A stretch of 55,349 nt of DNA. Source: an uncultured Gaiellales bacterium. GTDB lineage: Bacteria > Actinomycetota > Thermoleophilia > RBG-16-64-13. Position 1 is the first letter of the stretch, and each line of letters begins with the position of its first letter. A program made the position numbers and the translations under genes. The stretch lies in assembly GCA_964631965.1 (NCBI GenBank), contig CAZWAR010000006.1:1-55349 (forward strand). The letters run 5' to 3'. Shown here piece after piece: positions 1 through 10,557 of this stretch. The notes below the pieces were generated by a model. The model saw only the letters and a list, made by a program, of their open reading frames with translations. It did not search any database and had not been told where the DNA came from.

Positions 1-78
1 CATCTTATCGAGGACGTTCGCCGTCTTGTGGACCCAACAACGCTGACGGCGGCTGCGAGGGAAGACCTCGTCGAGCGC
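1..78 (-). mobile_element. IS256 (Mutator)-family transposase internal fragment
   Basis: ALDEVFP..RQRCWVHKTANVLDK matches the IS256-family (F/W)xALxEVFP...QRCWVHKxxNVL motif; no terminal inverted repeat seen. Confidence 0.7.
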
Positions 79-180
79 CGACTGCTCCGGCCCCTGGTGT
101 TGCCGCCGCAGCAGCGCGGCAATTAGGAGGAGAGCGGTCACCAGCAGTATCAAGGTCACGATGGACAGTGCGAGAAGCAT
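1..180 (-). CDS. Partial chimeric ORF running off the window edge: N-terminal membrane anchor fused in frame to an IS256-like transposase segment
   Basis: Manual translation from ATG at 180 (AGGAG SD upstream): MLLALSIVTLILLVTALLLIAALLRRQHQGPEQSALDEVFPRSRRQRCWVHKTANVLDKM; no stop before position 1. Confidence 0.6.
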   Translation of the reverse strand, partial: MLLALSIVTLILLVTALLLIAALLRRQHQGPEQSALDEVFPRSRRQRCWVHKTANVLDKM

Positions 181-274
181 CTATACCGCTCCTGTTCGGG
201 AATGTCTCGCCTACTATAGCGATGGTTCCGGACAGTCTCAGGGAATACATGCATTCGGCCGTCGTTTTGGTTAG

Positions 275-1777
<1,503 letters not shown>

Positions 1778-1824
1778 AGCTGCACAGGCAGAGGGCCGTC
1801 TGATTCTGTGAAGGGAGGTCCCCG

Positions 1825-2193
1825 ATGACCAGCGACCCAGATGTCGAGCACGTGATCGAGATGGAAGCGAGAGCGCTTACGGGCGAAGGGCGGCACGATC
1901 GCGTCTTTCTGAGCGAGATCCTCGCCGACGGCTTCGTAGAATGCGGCGCATCCGGCCGACTGATCACGAAGACCGACGTCCTCCGGGAGCTGTCGCAAGA
2001 GACTGACACGAGCTTCCGCGTGATCGGCCCCATCCAGCCGGAAAAGGTGTCGGACAACATCATCACCACGATGTTCGTGGTAGCCAGGAAGACCGGTGGG
2101 ACGGAGCTGATGTCCCGCCGCTTCTCCCTCTGGCGCCGCACGGACGGCAAATGGAAGATCTCCTACCACCAGGGGACACCCATCAGCAGATAG
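1825..2193 (+). CDS. NTF2-like / DUF4440-type protein
   Basis: 122 aa, LADGFVECGASGR and SLWRRTDGKWKISYHQGTP typical of this family; GGGAGG SD. Confidence 0.75.
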   Translation: MTSDPDVEHVIEMEARALTGEGRHDRVFLSEILADGFVECGASGRLITKTDVLRELSQETDTSFRVIGPIQPEKVSDNIITTMFVVARKTGGTELMSRRFSLWRRTDGKWKISYHQGTPISR

Positions 2194-2320
2194 GGGGCCC
2201 GGAGACCGCGTGCGGGCATGCGCCGCGTCGCTGGTCCGCGAAGCGGCGAAGACCCATGAGGCTGCGCCCAGACCAGGAGACACGGCGGAGTCGAAGAGGC
2301 GCCCGTCTCCCCGGAGCGCC

Positions 2321-3040
2321 TCAGTGCCCGTGAAAGTGTAGGGTCTGCGTGACGACCTGTTCCACTTCGGCCGTCGCCCGATCGTCGAGTTCGAGCTCCT
2401 TGATGTCGGCAAGCGAATTGCGGCACAAGGACTGCAGCGTAGCGACCGCTCCGGCGCTGAGGGCGAAGCAGGAGGTCCGCGCCGTCTGTACGCAGCCTTC
2501 GCACACGACGCCACCCAGACTGGGCGAAAAGCCGTAGAGGGGGCCGCTACCGCCACAGACGGCACAGGACGTGACCTCAGGAGCATAGCCCAGGAGCACC
2601 AGCAGCTTGAGCCGGGTCGCGAGGACCACCCCCGCCGCCGTCGCCGGGTCCTCAGCCTCGGCCAGGCGGGCCACCCCGCGTACCAGCAGATTGAAGGCCG
2701 GAACGCTCCCCTCCTCAGCGGGAAACAGATGCCTGATCGCGCTCAGCAGACGAGCGCCCTCCTCCATGCGGAACAGCTCGTCCCGCACCGCCTGGAAGGT
2801 GCGGACCGTCTCCACCCCGACGACCGTGTAGAGTGCACCGCGGCCGGTGTGCAGACTCATCTTCACCAGGCTGAAGGGCTCCAGCCTACCTCCGACTTTG
2901 GACTTTGTCCGGCGCACCCCCTTGGCGATCGCGCTCACCCTGCCCCGGTCCTTCGTATAGAGGGTGATGATACGATCCGCCTCGCGGTAGCGCATGGAAC
3001 CGATGACGAGAGCATCGGTGGTGAAGAAGTGGGAGCTCAC
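2321..3040 (-). CDS. recO: DNA repair protein RecO
   Basis: YREADRIITLYTKDRGRVSAIAKGVRRTKSKVGGRLEPFS; CxxC..CxxC zinc finger; start placed at GTG 3040 after GGGAGG. Confidence 0.93.
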   Translation of the reverse strand: MSSHFFTTDALVIGSMRYREADRIITLYTKDRGRVSAIAKGVRRTKSKVGGRLEPFSLVKMSLHTGRGALYTVVGVETVRTFQAVRDELFRMEEGARLLSAIRHLFPAEEGSVPAFNLLVRGVARLAEAEDPATAAGVVLATRLKLLVLLGYAPEVTSCAVCGGSGPLYGFSPSLGGVVCEGCVQTARTSCFALSAGAVATLQSLCRNSLADIKELELDDRATAEVEQVVTQTLHFHGH

Positions 3041-3128
3041 ACGGCCTCCCCTACTCGGTTCCCGGGTGCATGCCCCAGCTACGTGCGCTCCACTCGAGCC
3101 GGGAGCGCTTCCGCCTCTGCCGCCCCGG

Positions 3129-3824
3129 TCAGTCCCGGTCGGCGGAGAATTCCTTGATGATCTCCACCGCGCGGGAAGTCCCGATGCGAGCCGCACCGGC
3201 GTTGATCATCAATTCGGCGTCTTCCGCGGTATCGATGCCGCCGGAGGCGTCCACCCCCACACTCTCCGGGAGGAGGTCGCGGAACAACTCGACGTCTTTG
3301 GCGGTGGCGCCGCCGGGAGCATAGCCGGTTGACGTCTTGATGAAGTCGGCACCCGAGTCTTCCACGATCTTGCAGACCAGACGCTTGAGCTTGTCGTCCA
3401 GGTAGTAGGCCTCGACGTCGGCCTTCACCAGGACAAGGCCGCGCCCGGCATTGACACTGGTCATGCGGACGGTGCGCACGACGCTGCGCAGCTCGTCCCG
3501 GACGTAGCGAAAATCGCCGGAAAGCATGGCCGGAATGTTGAGGATCACATCGAGCTCGTCCGCGCCGAGGGCTACCGCCTGCTCGGCGCCCGTTATCTTC
3601 GTGCGCTGCGAGTCGGCGCCAAGAGGATAGGATACGACCGTCCCCACTTTGACGTCGTAGCCCTGCAGCAACTGCCGGGCCACCGGAACACAGTACGGAA
3701 GCACACAGACCGAGGCGAAGTGATAGGAGATGGCGTCCCGGCACAGGGCCTCCACGGCAGTGGTCGTGCTCGTGGCCTCGAGCAGGGTGCTATCTATGGT
3801 CTTCGCAAGTTCTTCGACTCTCAC
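3129..3824 (-). CDS. deoC: Deoxyribose-phosphate aldolase homologue with atypical active site
   Basis: GADELDV, FIKTSTG (Schiff-base Lys), RIGTS; but VDASGGID replaces VKASGGIR; GTG 3824 after AAGGAGG. Confidence 0.85.
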   Translation of the reverse strand: MRVEELAKTIDSTLLEATSTTTAVEALCRDAISYHFASVCVLPYCVPVARQLLQGYDVKVGTVVSYPLGADSQRTKITGAEQAVALGADELDVILNIPAMLSGDFRYVRDELRSVVRTVRMTSVNAGRGLVLVKADVEAYYLDDKLKRLVCKIVEDSGADFIKTSTGYAPGGATAKDVELFRDLLPESVGVDASGGIDTAEDAELMINAGAARIGTSRAVEIIKEFSADRD

Positions 3825-3939
3825 TGCCCGCCTACCTCCTTCGGTGGACATCTATCATACACTGCCGGGCAACCCCTCCTTCCACACGGGGCCTTCCGGG
3901 ACGGGCAAGGCTGCGTTCCGGATCCGGACTCGAGATGCG

Positions 3940-4389
3940 TCAGGAGAACCGCCAGCGCAGGATGTGTCTATCTTCATTCTCCCCATAGAAATCGGGGACG
4001 AATCCGTCCTCCACGAACCCCACGCTCCTGTAGAGAGCAAGAGCCGCCTCATTCGCGGGAGCTGCCGTCAGCAGCAAACCCTCCGCTCCAAGCGTGCGAC
4101 TCTCTCGGGCCACCAGCCGCAGAAGTTCACGGCCGAGACCACGTCCCCTCCACTCCGGCCTGACGTAGAACCCCACCACATAGAAGAAGCCGGGCTCATC
4201 AAGGACCCGCATGAGTTGGCAGCCTCCAACGATCTCCTCCCCGAGGCGAGCGATGAAGACGGCGCCGGCCTGGGCCATCACGGCCAGGTCGTATGTCCGA
4301 AGGCCGGTGGGACCGAAGGCATCCGAGTCGTACGCCGCGAGCCGTTCGAGCAGCTCGGGGCTCGGGTCGGCGACCCTGACGAGCCTCAT
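3940..4389 (-). CDS. GNAT N-acetyltransferase (RimI-like)
   Basis: VRPEWRGRGLGRELL acetyl-CoA motif A; NEAALALYRSVGF motif B; start set at ATG 4389. Confidence 0.85.
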   Translation of the reverse strand: MRLVRVADPSPELLERLAAYDSDAFGPTGLRTYDLAVMAQAGAVFIARLGEEIVGGCQLMRVLDEPGFFYVVGFYVRPEWRGRGLGRELLRLVARESRTLGAEGLLLTAAPANEAALALYRSVGFVEDGFVPDFYGENEDRHILRWRFS

Positions 4390-4442
4390 GCCTGCACCCG
4401 CGCCGTCGGGCCGACCGGCAGTTCCGGGATCCGGCCGGGACC

Positions 4443-4781
4443 TCATTCTCCCGGGATCTCCCCGGCGGTCACGAGCACCCAGCGGCCCAAGTACTTCAGC
4501 ACCACCGGCGTCTTTGGGTCGAGGTCCCCCACCCCCTCGCGCCAACCGGCGGCCGGCAGGACCGTCTCCTCCGTCTGCCCCGCCACTGCGAAGGCCAGAG
4601 CCTCGGCCTCGGTACCGCAAGCCGCCACCTCGGCGAGGGTGAACGCCAGTCCGGTGCGGGCATATACCTTCCCGTCGTGGCCGAGAGCCGCCCAGCCTTC
4701 GGCGCGCGGGCCCGTCGCGGCCGCAGCCTTGGCGGCATCGATCAGACGCCCGAGTTGCGGGGTGAGTCTGTCCTCGTCCAC
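4443..4781 (-). CDS. Degenerate cytidine-deaminase-like protein lacking zinc ligands
   Basis: LIDAAKAA, WAALGHDGKVY and LPAAGWRE align by eye to Cdd LIxAAxxA, GAALLxxDGKIF and SPCGACRQ; occupies the cdd slot after dgkA; AGGAG SD. Confidence 0.6.
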   Translation of the reverse strand: MDEDRLTPQLGRLIDAAKAAAATGPRAEGWAALGHDGKVYARTGLAFTLAEVAACGTEAEALAFAVAGQTEETVLPAAGWREGVGDLDPKTPVVLKYLGRWVLVTAGEIPGE

Positions 4782-4814
4782 ACACTCTCCTATCCGGTCT
4801 CAGGACATCGGTTT

Positions 4815-5546
4815 CTAGAACATCAACTGGAAGATCGCGGTGGTGACTCCTATTCCCAGCAGAGCTCCGATGACGACTTCGAGTAGCGAGTGGATACCGG
4901 TCTGCACCCGGGTCTGCGCAACCAGCACCGCCATGATGAACCCGAGAAAGCTCACCAGGATGGCCTGGGGCTGCCCGGCCACGATGAACGTCACAGCCGC
5001 CCAGGCTGCGAAAGAGATTGCTGCGTGGCCCGACGGCAGGCCGCCCGAAAGCGGCGTCCCCGTCCGCCTGAAGGCCTTGAGGGCGATGGCGGCCAGCATG
5101 ACGACGGCCAGAGCCACCACGGTCAGGTGGGCCGGCGAACGCCTTATGGCGGTGAGCAGATCCAGGGATATGTGGGTCAGCCGATCGGCCAGGACGAGGT
5201 AGGCGACGGCCAAGGCGTTCATGGCAGCCACGAGCACGGCTCCGGCGGCCAGATCTTTCGCGGCCTTGGCCCGCGGGTCGAACTCGTTGGTGATCATGTC
5301 AACCACCGACTCTATGGCTGAGTTGATCATTTCCGTGATGAAGACGAAGGCGACAGACACGATGATCGCCACGAGTTGGAGACGGGACAGGTTCAGGAAG
5401 ATGCTGATAATGAGCACGAGAAAGCCGAGCAACAGGTGGATACGCATGTTCCTCTGGCGCCGTACAGCGTACACCAGGCCCTGGAAGGCGTAGTTGAAGC
5501 TCTCGAGAAGGGTGCCTCGCAGCCGCCTCTCGCCGGACTTCTTCAT
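4815..5546 (-). CDS. dgkA: Diacylglycerol/undecaprenol kinase fused to a PAP2 phosphatase domain
   Basis: SFNYAFQGL, NMRIH, EMINSAIE, AKDLAAGAVL; C-terminal GLPSGH and RVQTGIHS. Confidence 0.88.
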   Translation of the reverse strand: MKKSGERRLRGTLLESFNYAFQGLVYAVRRQRNMRIHLLLGFLVLIISIFLNLSRLQLVAIIVSVAFVFITEMINSAIESVVDMITNEFDPRAKAAKDLAAGAVLVAAMNALAVAYLVLADRLTHISLDLLTAIRRSPAHLTVVALAVVMLAAIALKAFRRTGTPLSGGLPSGHAAISFAAWAAVTFIVAGQPQAILVSFLGFIMAVLVAQTRVQTGIHSLLEVVIGALLGIGVTTAIFQLMF

Positions 5547-5559
5547 CGTGCGTCCTCGT

Positions 5560-6027
5560 TCATCCAGCGCCCGCTTCCACGGTCAGCGCTCGGACAGAGC
5601 TCCTCAGCCGCTCGAGAAGTTCCTGCTCGCGCAAGCGCATCTCGCCCCGATCGGTCTCGTGGTCGTAGCCCGCCAGATGGAGTGCGCCGTGGATGAGCGT
5701 CCATCCCAATTGGACGCCCGGGTCCCGCCTCTCGTCGGCGGCATAACGGGCGACCACTCGAGGGCAGACCACGATCTCCCCGGACACCCCTTCTATTCCG
5801 GCCGGCCACCGCTCGTCGGCCGCGTAGTCGAAAGAGAGAACGTCCGTGGGGCCCTCAGTGTCGCGGTAGCGCTCGTTGAGCGCCGTGATGGCCTGCTCGT
5901 CCACGAAGGCCACCGCCACGTCGCCGGACAGCCCCTCCTCGGCGAGAACCGCTTCCACCAACCCCCGCACTGCGTCCTCATCGCCCACGAGCCCGGTGGA
6001 GTCGGTGACGTCCACCGCAACCGTCAT
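5560..6027 (-). CDS. ybeY: rRNA maturation endoribonuclease YbeY
   Basis: LNERYR, PTDVLSF, HGALHLAGYDH. Confidence 0.95.
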   Translation of the reverse strand: MTVAVDVTDSTGLVGDEDAVRGLVEAVLAEEGLSGDVAVAFVDEQAITALNERYRDTEGPTDVLSFDYAADERWPAGIEGVSGEIVVCPRVVARYAADERRDPGVQLGWTLIHGALHLAGYDHETDRGEMRLREQELLERLRSSVRALTVEAGAG

Positions 6028-8222
6028 ATCTCGTCTCGCCCCGTACGGTCCGTGTCTTCGAAGGACTCCAAAGCGTCGTCCTTCCTGTCGTTCTCTTCGG
6101 CGCCGCCGGCCGGGCCGGGGCGCCGCTCCTGGTGCCCGTTGGGCTCGGGGTAGACGATGCGATGTCCCACCAGGCCCCGCAGGCTCATGTCGAAGGATTC
6201 CCTGATCTTGTGCAGGTCGCCCTGGGTGAGATCCGACTCGTCGAGCTGGCCGTCCTCCACCTTCTGCTTGATTATCTCCTGGATCATCCCCTGCAGCTTG
6301 CGCCGGGTGGGGTTCTGCATGGCTCGCGCCGCTGCTTCCACACTGTCCGCGAGCATGACGATGGAGGCCTCCTTGGAGCGGGGTTTCTGCTCCTCGTAGC
6401 GGTAGCTCTCCTCGTAGACTTTGTCCTTATCGGATTCGAGCGCTTTGTGGTAGAAGTACTGGAGCACCGACGTGCCATGATGCTGCTTGATGATGTCAAC
6501 CACCGGCTGCGGAAGCCCGAATACCCGGGCCAGATGCTCCCCATCCCGCACGTGGGCCGTGATGGCCAGCTTGGACAGGTTGGGGTTGAGCCGGTTGTGC
6601 GGGTTGTCTACGTAGATCTGGTTCTCTACGAAGTACTCCGGGCGGATGGTCTTGCCGACGTCATGGTAGTAGGCACCTACCCTGGCGAGCAACGGGTTCG
6701 CTCCGATGGCTTCTGCAGCCGCTTCGGCGAGGTTGCCCATTTGGATGCTGTGGTTGTACGTACCGGGAGCCACCTCGAGCAGGCGCTTGAGCAGCGGCTG
6801 AGCCGGGTTGGCCAGTTCGAGCAGGCGGAGGGGCGTCGTAAGGTTGAAGACCGTGTCGAGCAGCAAAAGTACGAGCACCGTGACCGCACCCGCCAAAACG
6901 CCGTTGGCAAGACCCCAGGTCGCGGTCCGTAGCGCCGCTCCGACCCCGCTTTCCAGGAACAGCTCCACGCCGAAGATGGTGAACGCGGCTATCCCCATGG
7001 CGGCGAAGCCCGCCGCGATGAGTCCCGCTCTCTGGGTGACCCGCGATACCAGGTACAGCGACAAAGCCCCTACGATGAACGCGGCAACCGCGTACCGCAT
7101 GGCGAAGTCGGTCATGAGTCCTATGTTGAGCGTGGTCAAGGCCACCAGCAGCAGTGCACTGCGGGCGTTGAGGATCACAGCGACCGTCATGCCGAGAGCC
7201 GCCACCGGGACGAGATACGGCGACAAAGGATCAATGATGAGCAGCCGCATGAGGACGGTGAACGCGAGGAAGAGGGACACCAGGGCCAGCTTCATGTTGT
7301 TGGGGAAGCCGCCCGCTCGGTTGTATCGGTAGAGCAACCTGGAGAAGATCGCCGTCTCCAGGAGGACCACGAGGAAGACCCCGAGCCACACCTTCCACCC
7401 GGTGCGCGAGCCTGTCAGACCGAGCGCCTTGAAGACGAGCAGGTGCTGATCGGTGACCGTCTGGCCTTTCTGCACCACCGTTTGCCCCTGCCTCACCGTC
7501 ACGAGCACGGGCGGCACTTCGTCCATCGCCGCCTGCCGGCGGGCCAGGGTCTGGGCCTCGTCCAGCACTTGGTTCGGATGAACGTAGCCGGCAGCCACCT
7601 CGTACAGAGCGGTGGCTGCCTCAGAGGAACCGGCAAGGGAGTTGGAGATCGACTTGAGATCCTGGAGGGCGGAATCCAGGCTGTCGGTCGTTATGTGCCC
7701 GGCATAGATGGTCTTGAGGGCACCGAGCGCCTGGCGCTGGAAGAAATCGTAGCTCGAGTCGTCGATGGTGAGCAGATAGTCGAGGGTCTGTGCGGAGGCC
7801 GTCTCGGGAGCGACCATCTCCAGTGCGTTTATCGCCGCGTTGAGATCGCCGCCCGCCTGAACGGACGCGCGCTCGGAGTCGACCTGCTTGAAAAAGGCGT
7901 CCAGGTCGGCGGTAGCGGTAGGAAGGGCCTGGGGATCGGGGTCGTACACCGGCTCCACGAGATCGGCCACCTGTTGTCTCAGCTTCGCGGTCTCCGCGGA
8001 ATCGACCACCGTCACCGTCTGGTTCGCCACCACGGTCCGCGGCGCCGGCTTTCCTACGGTGAAACCGTGCAGAGCGGGCAGGAAGGCCGTCCAGATGATC
8101 ACCGTGACGCCCACGAGGAAGCAGGCGAGCAGCACCAGTTCGAAGCGCCACGGACTGCGCTCGTCGATCCACTCGCGGAAGTCGGCAAGTCGCTCCCGCA
8201 GCCGAAAACGGAATCTGTTCAT
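6024..8222 (-). CDS. 7TM-HD phosphohydrolase (PgpH-like, probable c-di-AMP phosphodiesterase)
   Basis: Extracellular domain, multiple TM helices, APGTYNHS, AYYHDVGK, HHGT, MLADSVEAA; ybeY/phoH neighbourhood; start set at ATG 8222. Confidence 0.88.
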   Translation of the reverse strand: MNRFRFRLRERLADFREWIDERSPWRFELVLLACFLVGVTVIIWTAFLPALHGFTVGKPAPRTVVANQTVTVVDSAETAKLRQQVADLVEPVYDPDPQALPTATADLDAFFKQVDSERASVQAGGDLNAAINALEMVAPETASAQTLDYLLTIDDSSYDFFQRQALGALKTIYAGHITTDSLDSALQDLKSISNSLAGSSEAATALYEVAAGYVHPNQVLDEAQTLARRQAAMDEVPPVLVTVRQGQTVVQKGQTVTDQHLLVFKALGLTGSRTGWKVWLGVFLVVLLETAIFSRLLYRYNRAGGFPNNMKLALVSLFLAFTVLMRLLIIDPLSPYLVPVAALGMTVAVILNARSALLLVALTTLNIGLMTDFAMRYAVAAFIVGALSLYLVSRVTQRAGLIAAGFAAMGIAAFTIFGVELFLESGVGAALRTATWGLANGVLAGAVTVLVLLLLDTVFNLTTPLRLLELANPAQPLLKRLLEVAPGTYNHSIQMGNLAEAAAEAIGANPLLARVGAYYHDVGKTIRPEYFVENQIYVDNPHNRLNPNLSKLAITAHVRDGEHLARVFGLPQPVVDIIKQHHGTSVLQYFYHKALESDKDKVYEESYRYEEQKPRSKEASIVMLADSVEAAARAMQNPTRRKLQGMIQEIIKQKVEDGQLDESDLTQGDLHKIRESFDMSLRGLVGHRIVYPEPNGHQERRPGPAGGAEENDRKDDALESFEDTDRTGRDEI

Positions 8223-8241
8223 GAGCTGTGTCCCTGCGCGC

Positions 8242-9294
8242 TCACCCGGTGCCCGAGGCTTCTCCTCGGCCTCGCCGGCGTTGTTCGGCAGACCGGCCGG
8301 CGGCGGCCGTTCGCCGCGCGGTCGCCTGGGGAGCTTCCCCGTACGTCTTGTAGGCGGACACGATGTCCTGCACCAGCTTGTGCCGCACCACGTCCTCGCT
8401 GTCGAAGTATATGAAGGCGATATCGGGGATCTTGGAGAGCACTCCGGCAACGTTCACCAGACCGGAGTGGTGGCCCCGAGGCAGGTCTATCTGAGTGATA
8501 TCCCCCGTGACGATCATCTTGGCTCCGAAGCCCAGCCGGGTGAGGAACATCTTCATCTGCTCGGGCGTGGTGTTCTGCGCCTCGTCGAGGATAATGAGCG
8601 AATCGTTGAGCGTCCGTCCCCGCATGTACGCCAGAGGCGCCACTTCTATGGTCCCGCGCTGGAGGTACTCGGTCAGACGATCGCTGTCCATCATGTCATA
8701 GAGCGCGTCGAAGAGCGGGCGCAGGTAGGGGTCCACCTTCTCCATCAGCCCTCCGGGGAGGAACCCCAGCTTCTCTCCCGCCTCGACGGCTGGTCGGGTG
8801 AGGATGATCCGGGCCACGTCGCCGGCCAGAAAGGCGGCGGTCGCCATGGCCATGGCCAGGTACGTCTTGCCTGTCCCGGCCGGCCCGATGCCGAAGGTGA
8901 TGGTGTTGAGCCTGATGGCGTCCACATACGCCTTCTGGTTCTTGGTCTTGGGGCGGATGCGGCGACCCCGATGCTCGAGGATGACGTCGCTGACAATCTT
9001 GTTGAGGTCCCCGGTCCAATCTCCCTCGCCGGTGCTCAGCGAGACTGCAAGCTCCAGTGTGGCCCGATCGAGGCTCTGCCCGGAGCGGAGCAGGGCGAGC
9101 AGTTCGTGGATCATGGCTTCCCCGCGCTCCACCTCGGCCTCGGTCCCTTCCAGGGTCAGTTGATTGCCCCGCAGGCCGATGTCGCAGTCGAGGAGTTGTT
9201 CGAGGGCGCGGAGATGTTTGTCGTTCTCACCCACCAACTGCGCCGCCACCCGATTGTCGAGGTCGATGTGCTTGGTCACGTATTCGGCGCTCAC
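8242..9294 (-). CDS. phoH: PhoH-family ATPase
   Basis: GPAGTGKT, ILTRPAVEAGEKLGFLPG, APLAYMRGRTL, DEAQN; start set at GTG 9294. Confidence 0.95.
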   Translation of the reverse strand: MSAEYVTKHIDLDNRVAAQLVGENDKHLRALEQLLDCDIGLRGNQLTLEGTEAEVERGEAMIHELLALLRSGQSLDRATLELAVSLSTGEGDWTGDLNKIVSDVILEHRGRRIRPKTKNQKAYVDAIRLNTITFGIGPAGTGKTYLAMAMATAAFLAGDVARIILTRPAVEAGEKLGFLPGGLMEKVDPYLRPLFDALYDMMDSDRLTEYLQRGTIEVAPLAYMRGRTLNDSLIILDEAQNTTPEQMKMFLTRLGFGAKMIVTGDITQIDLPRGHHSGLVNVAGVLSKIPDIAFIYFDSEDVVRHKLVQDIVSAYKTYGEAPQATARRTAAAGRSAEQRRRGRGEASGTG

Positions 9295-9350
9295 GCCGCT
9301 TCTCCCCTTTTGCCCTACCGCGACCCCTTCACAGTGGGGCCAGGCCCGTC

Positions 9351-9797
9351 TCACGCGGATAGCCGCTCCTTGACCAGCCGGGACGCTACCTTGCCGTCGA
9401 CCTGCGGCCCCCCCTGGGCCATGACGGCTGACATCACTCTGCCCATGTCGCGGACCGAACGAGCACCGGTCTCAGCGATCACCCGGTCGACGAGATCGGC
9501 CACGTCGGCTTCGTTCATTTGCTGGGGCAGAAGCCCCTCGATGAGTTTCGCCGCGTATTCCTCGAACGCGGCCAGGTCTTCACGACCGCCGGCCCGGAAA
9601 GCCTCCGTGGATTCCTGGCGCTTCTTGAGTTCCCTGCGGAGCACGCTCAGCTCGGCGGCTTCGTCCAGATCCGCTCGAGTGCGCTTCGCTTCGTTCTGCA
9701 GCTCGCAGACCACCATGCGGAGAGCGGTCACCTTCTGTTTGTCACCGCTCTTCATGGCCGCCTTGACGGACTCCTGGATGTCGCTCAACGCGCTCAT
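9351..9797 (-). CDS. GatB/YqeY domain protein
   Basis: KAAMKSGDK, KKRQES, DMGRVMSAV, VDGKVAS. Confidence 0.9.
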   Translation of the reverse strand: MSALSDIQESVKAAMKSGDKQKVTALRMVVCELQNEAKRTRADLDEAAELSVLRRELKKRQESTEAFRAGGREDLAAFEEYAAKLIEGLLPQQMNEADVADLVDRVIAETGARSVRDMGRVMSAVMAQGGPQVDGKVASRLVKERLSA

Positions 9798-10135
9798 CGG
9801 AAATCACCCAGATCTTCCCCGCCCAGGATGTGGAAATGCATGTGCTTGACTTCCTGTCTCGCGTCCGCCCCCACGTTGGTAAGCACACGGTAGCCGCTGT
9901 CGGCTATCCCCGCCTCCCGCGCCACCGCCACGATGAACTCGAGGAGCTTCTGCCCTTCGCAGGCCTGCCACGCGCCGACGTCGTTGAGCGACATGAGGTG
10001 CTCTCGAGGAATGACGAGGATGTGCTGAGCAGCTATCGGGTTGACATCCCTGAAGGCTACGAAAAGGTTGGTTTCCAGCACTTTTTCCGCGGGTATCTGC
10101 CCGGCCGCGATCCGACAGAATATGCAGTCATCCAT
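9794..10135 (-). CDS. HIT-family nucleotide hydrolase
   Basis: DCIFCRI and HMHFHILGG triad; stop overlaps the YqeY start (ATGA). Confidence 0.93.
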   Translation of the reverse strand: MDDCIFCRIAAGQIPAEKVLETNLFVAFRDVNPIAAQHILVIPREHLMSLNDVGAWQACEGQKLLEFIVAVAREAGIADSGYRVLTNVGADARQEVKHMHFHILGGEDLGDFR

Positions 10136-10143
10136 GAGGCTGG

Positions 10144-10149
10144 ATTATA
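10144..10149 (-). promoter_or_regulatory. -10 element TATAAT of a probably leaderless HIT transcript
   Basis: Perfect TATAAT 8 nt before the ATG, no SD. Confidence 0.55.
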
Positions 10150-10326
10150 CTACCAATCAGGCTACGCTCCGCCGTGGCCTGACGGGCCATGCCGCGAACC
10201 CGGCCGATGCCGGGGCGCTATCTCGCCTCACAAGAACGCAGATTCCACCCGCTGATGGCCCGTTGCGGACCGGCCGTCAGCAAACCGTTAGCAGAATCGG
10301 CGCCCGGCGGCAAGGCTTGGTGCGGA

Positions 10327-10557
10327 TCAGGAAGCCTTGCGCTCCAGCTTCTCCGCGATCCACACCTTGATCACGGACTGCCGAGTGACCCCAAGCCGCT
10401 TGGCCTCACGATCGAGCGAATCGACCATCCATGAGGGGAAGTCGACGTTGACACGACGCGGATTCTGGTTGAGACGGGTTGCGCCGGACAGGTCGAGGTC
10501 ATCGATGATGTCCTCGACACCCTCGTCGAACTTCTTGTCGAAATCAGTCGCCTTCAT
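10327..10557 (-). CDS. BrnA/CopG-type RHH antitoxin
   Basis: MKAxDFDKKFDEG...RRVNVDFPSWMVDSLDREAKRLGVTRQSVIKVWIAEKL; overlaps toxin stop. Confidence 0.88.
   Translation of the reverse strand: MKATDFDKKFDEGVEDIIDDLDLSGATRLNQNPRRVNVDFPSWMVDSLDREAKRLGVTRQSVIKVWIAEKLERKAS

Noticed and set aside
2276-2312. Terminator between the DUF4440-type gene and recO
   Set aside because: GGAGAC/GTCTCC stem is imperfect and lacks a T-tract on either strand
10240-10295. Bona fide integron attC site
   Set aside because: R' core and L/R spacing are non-canonical and no intI is present; noted only as a resemblance
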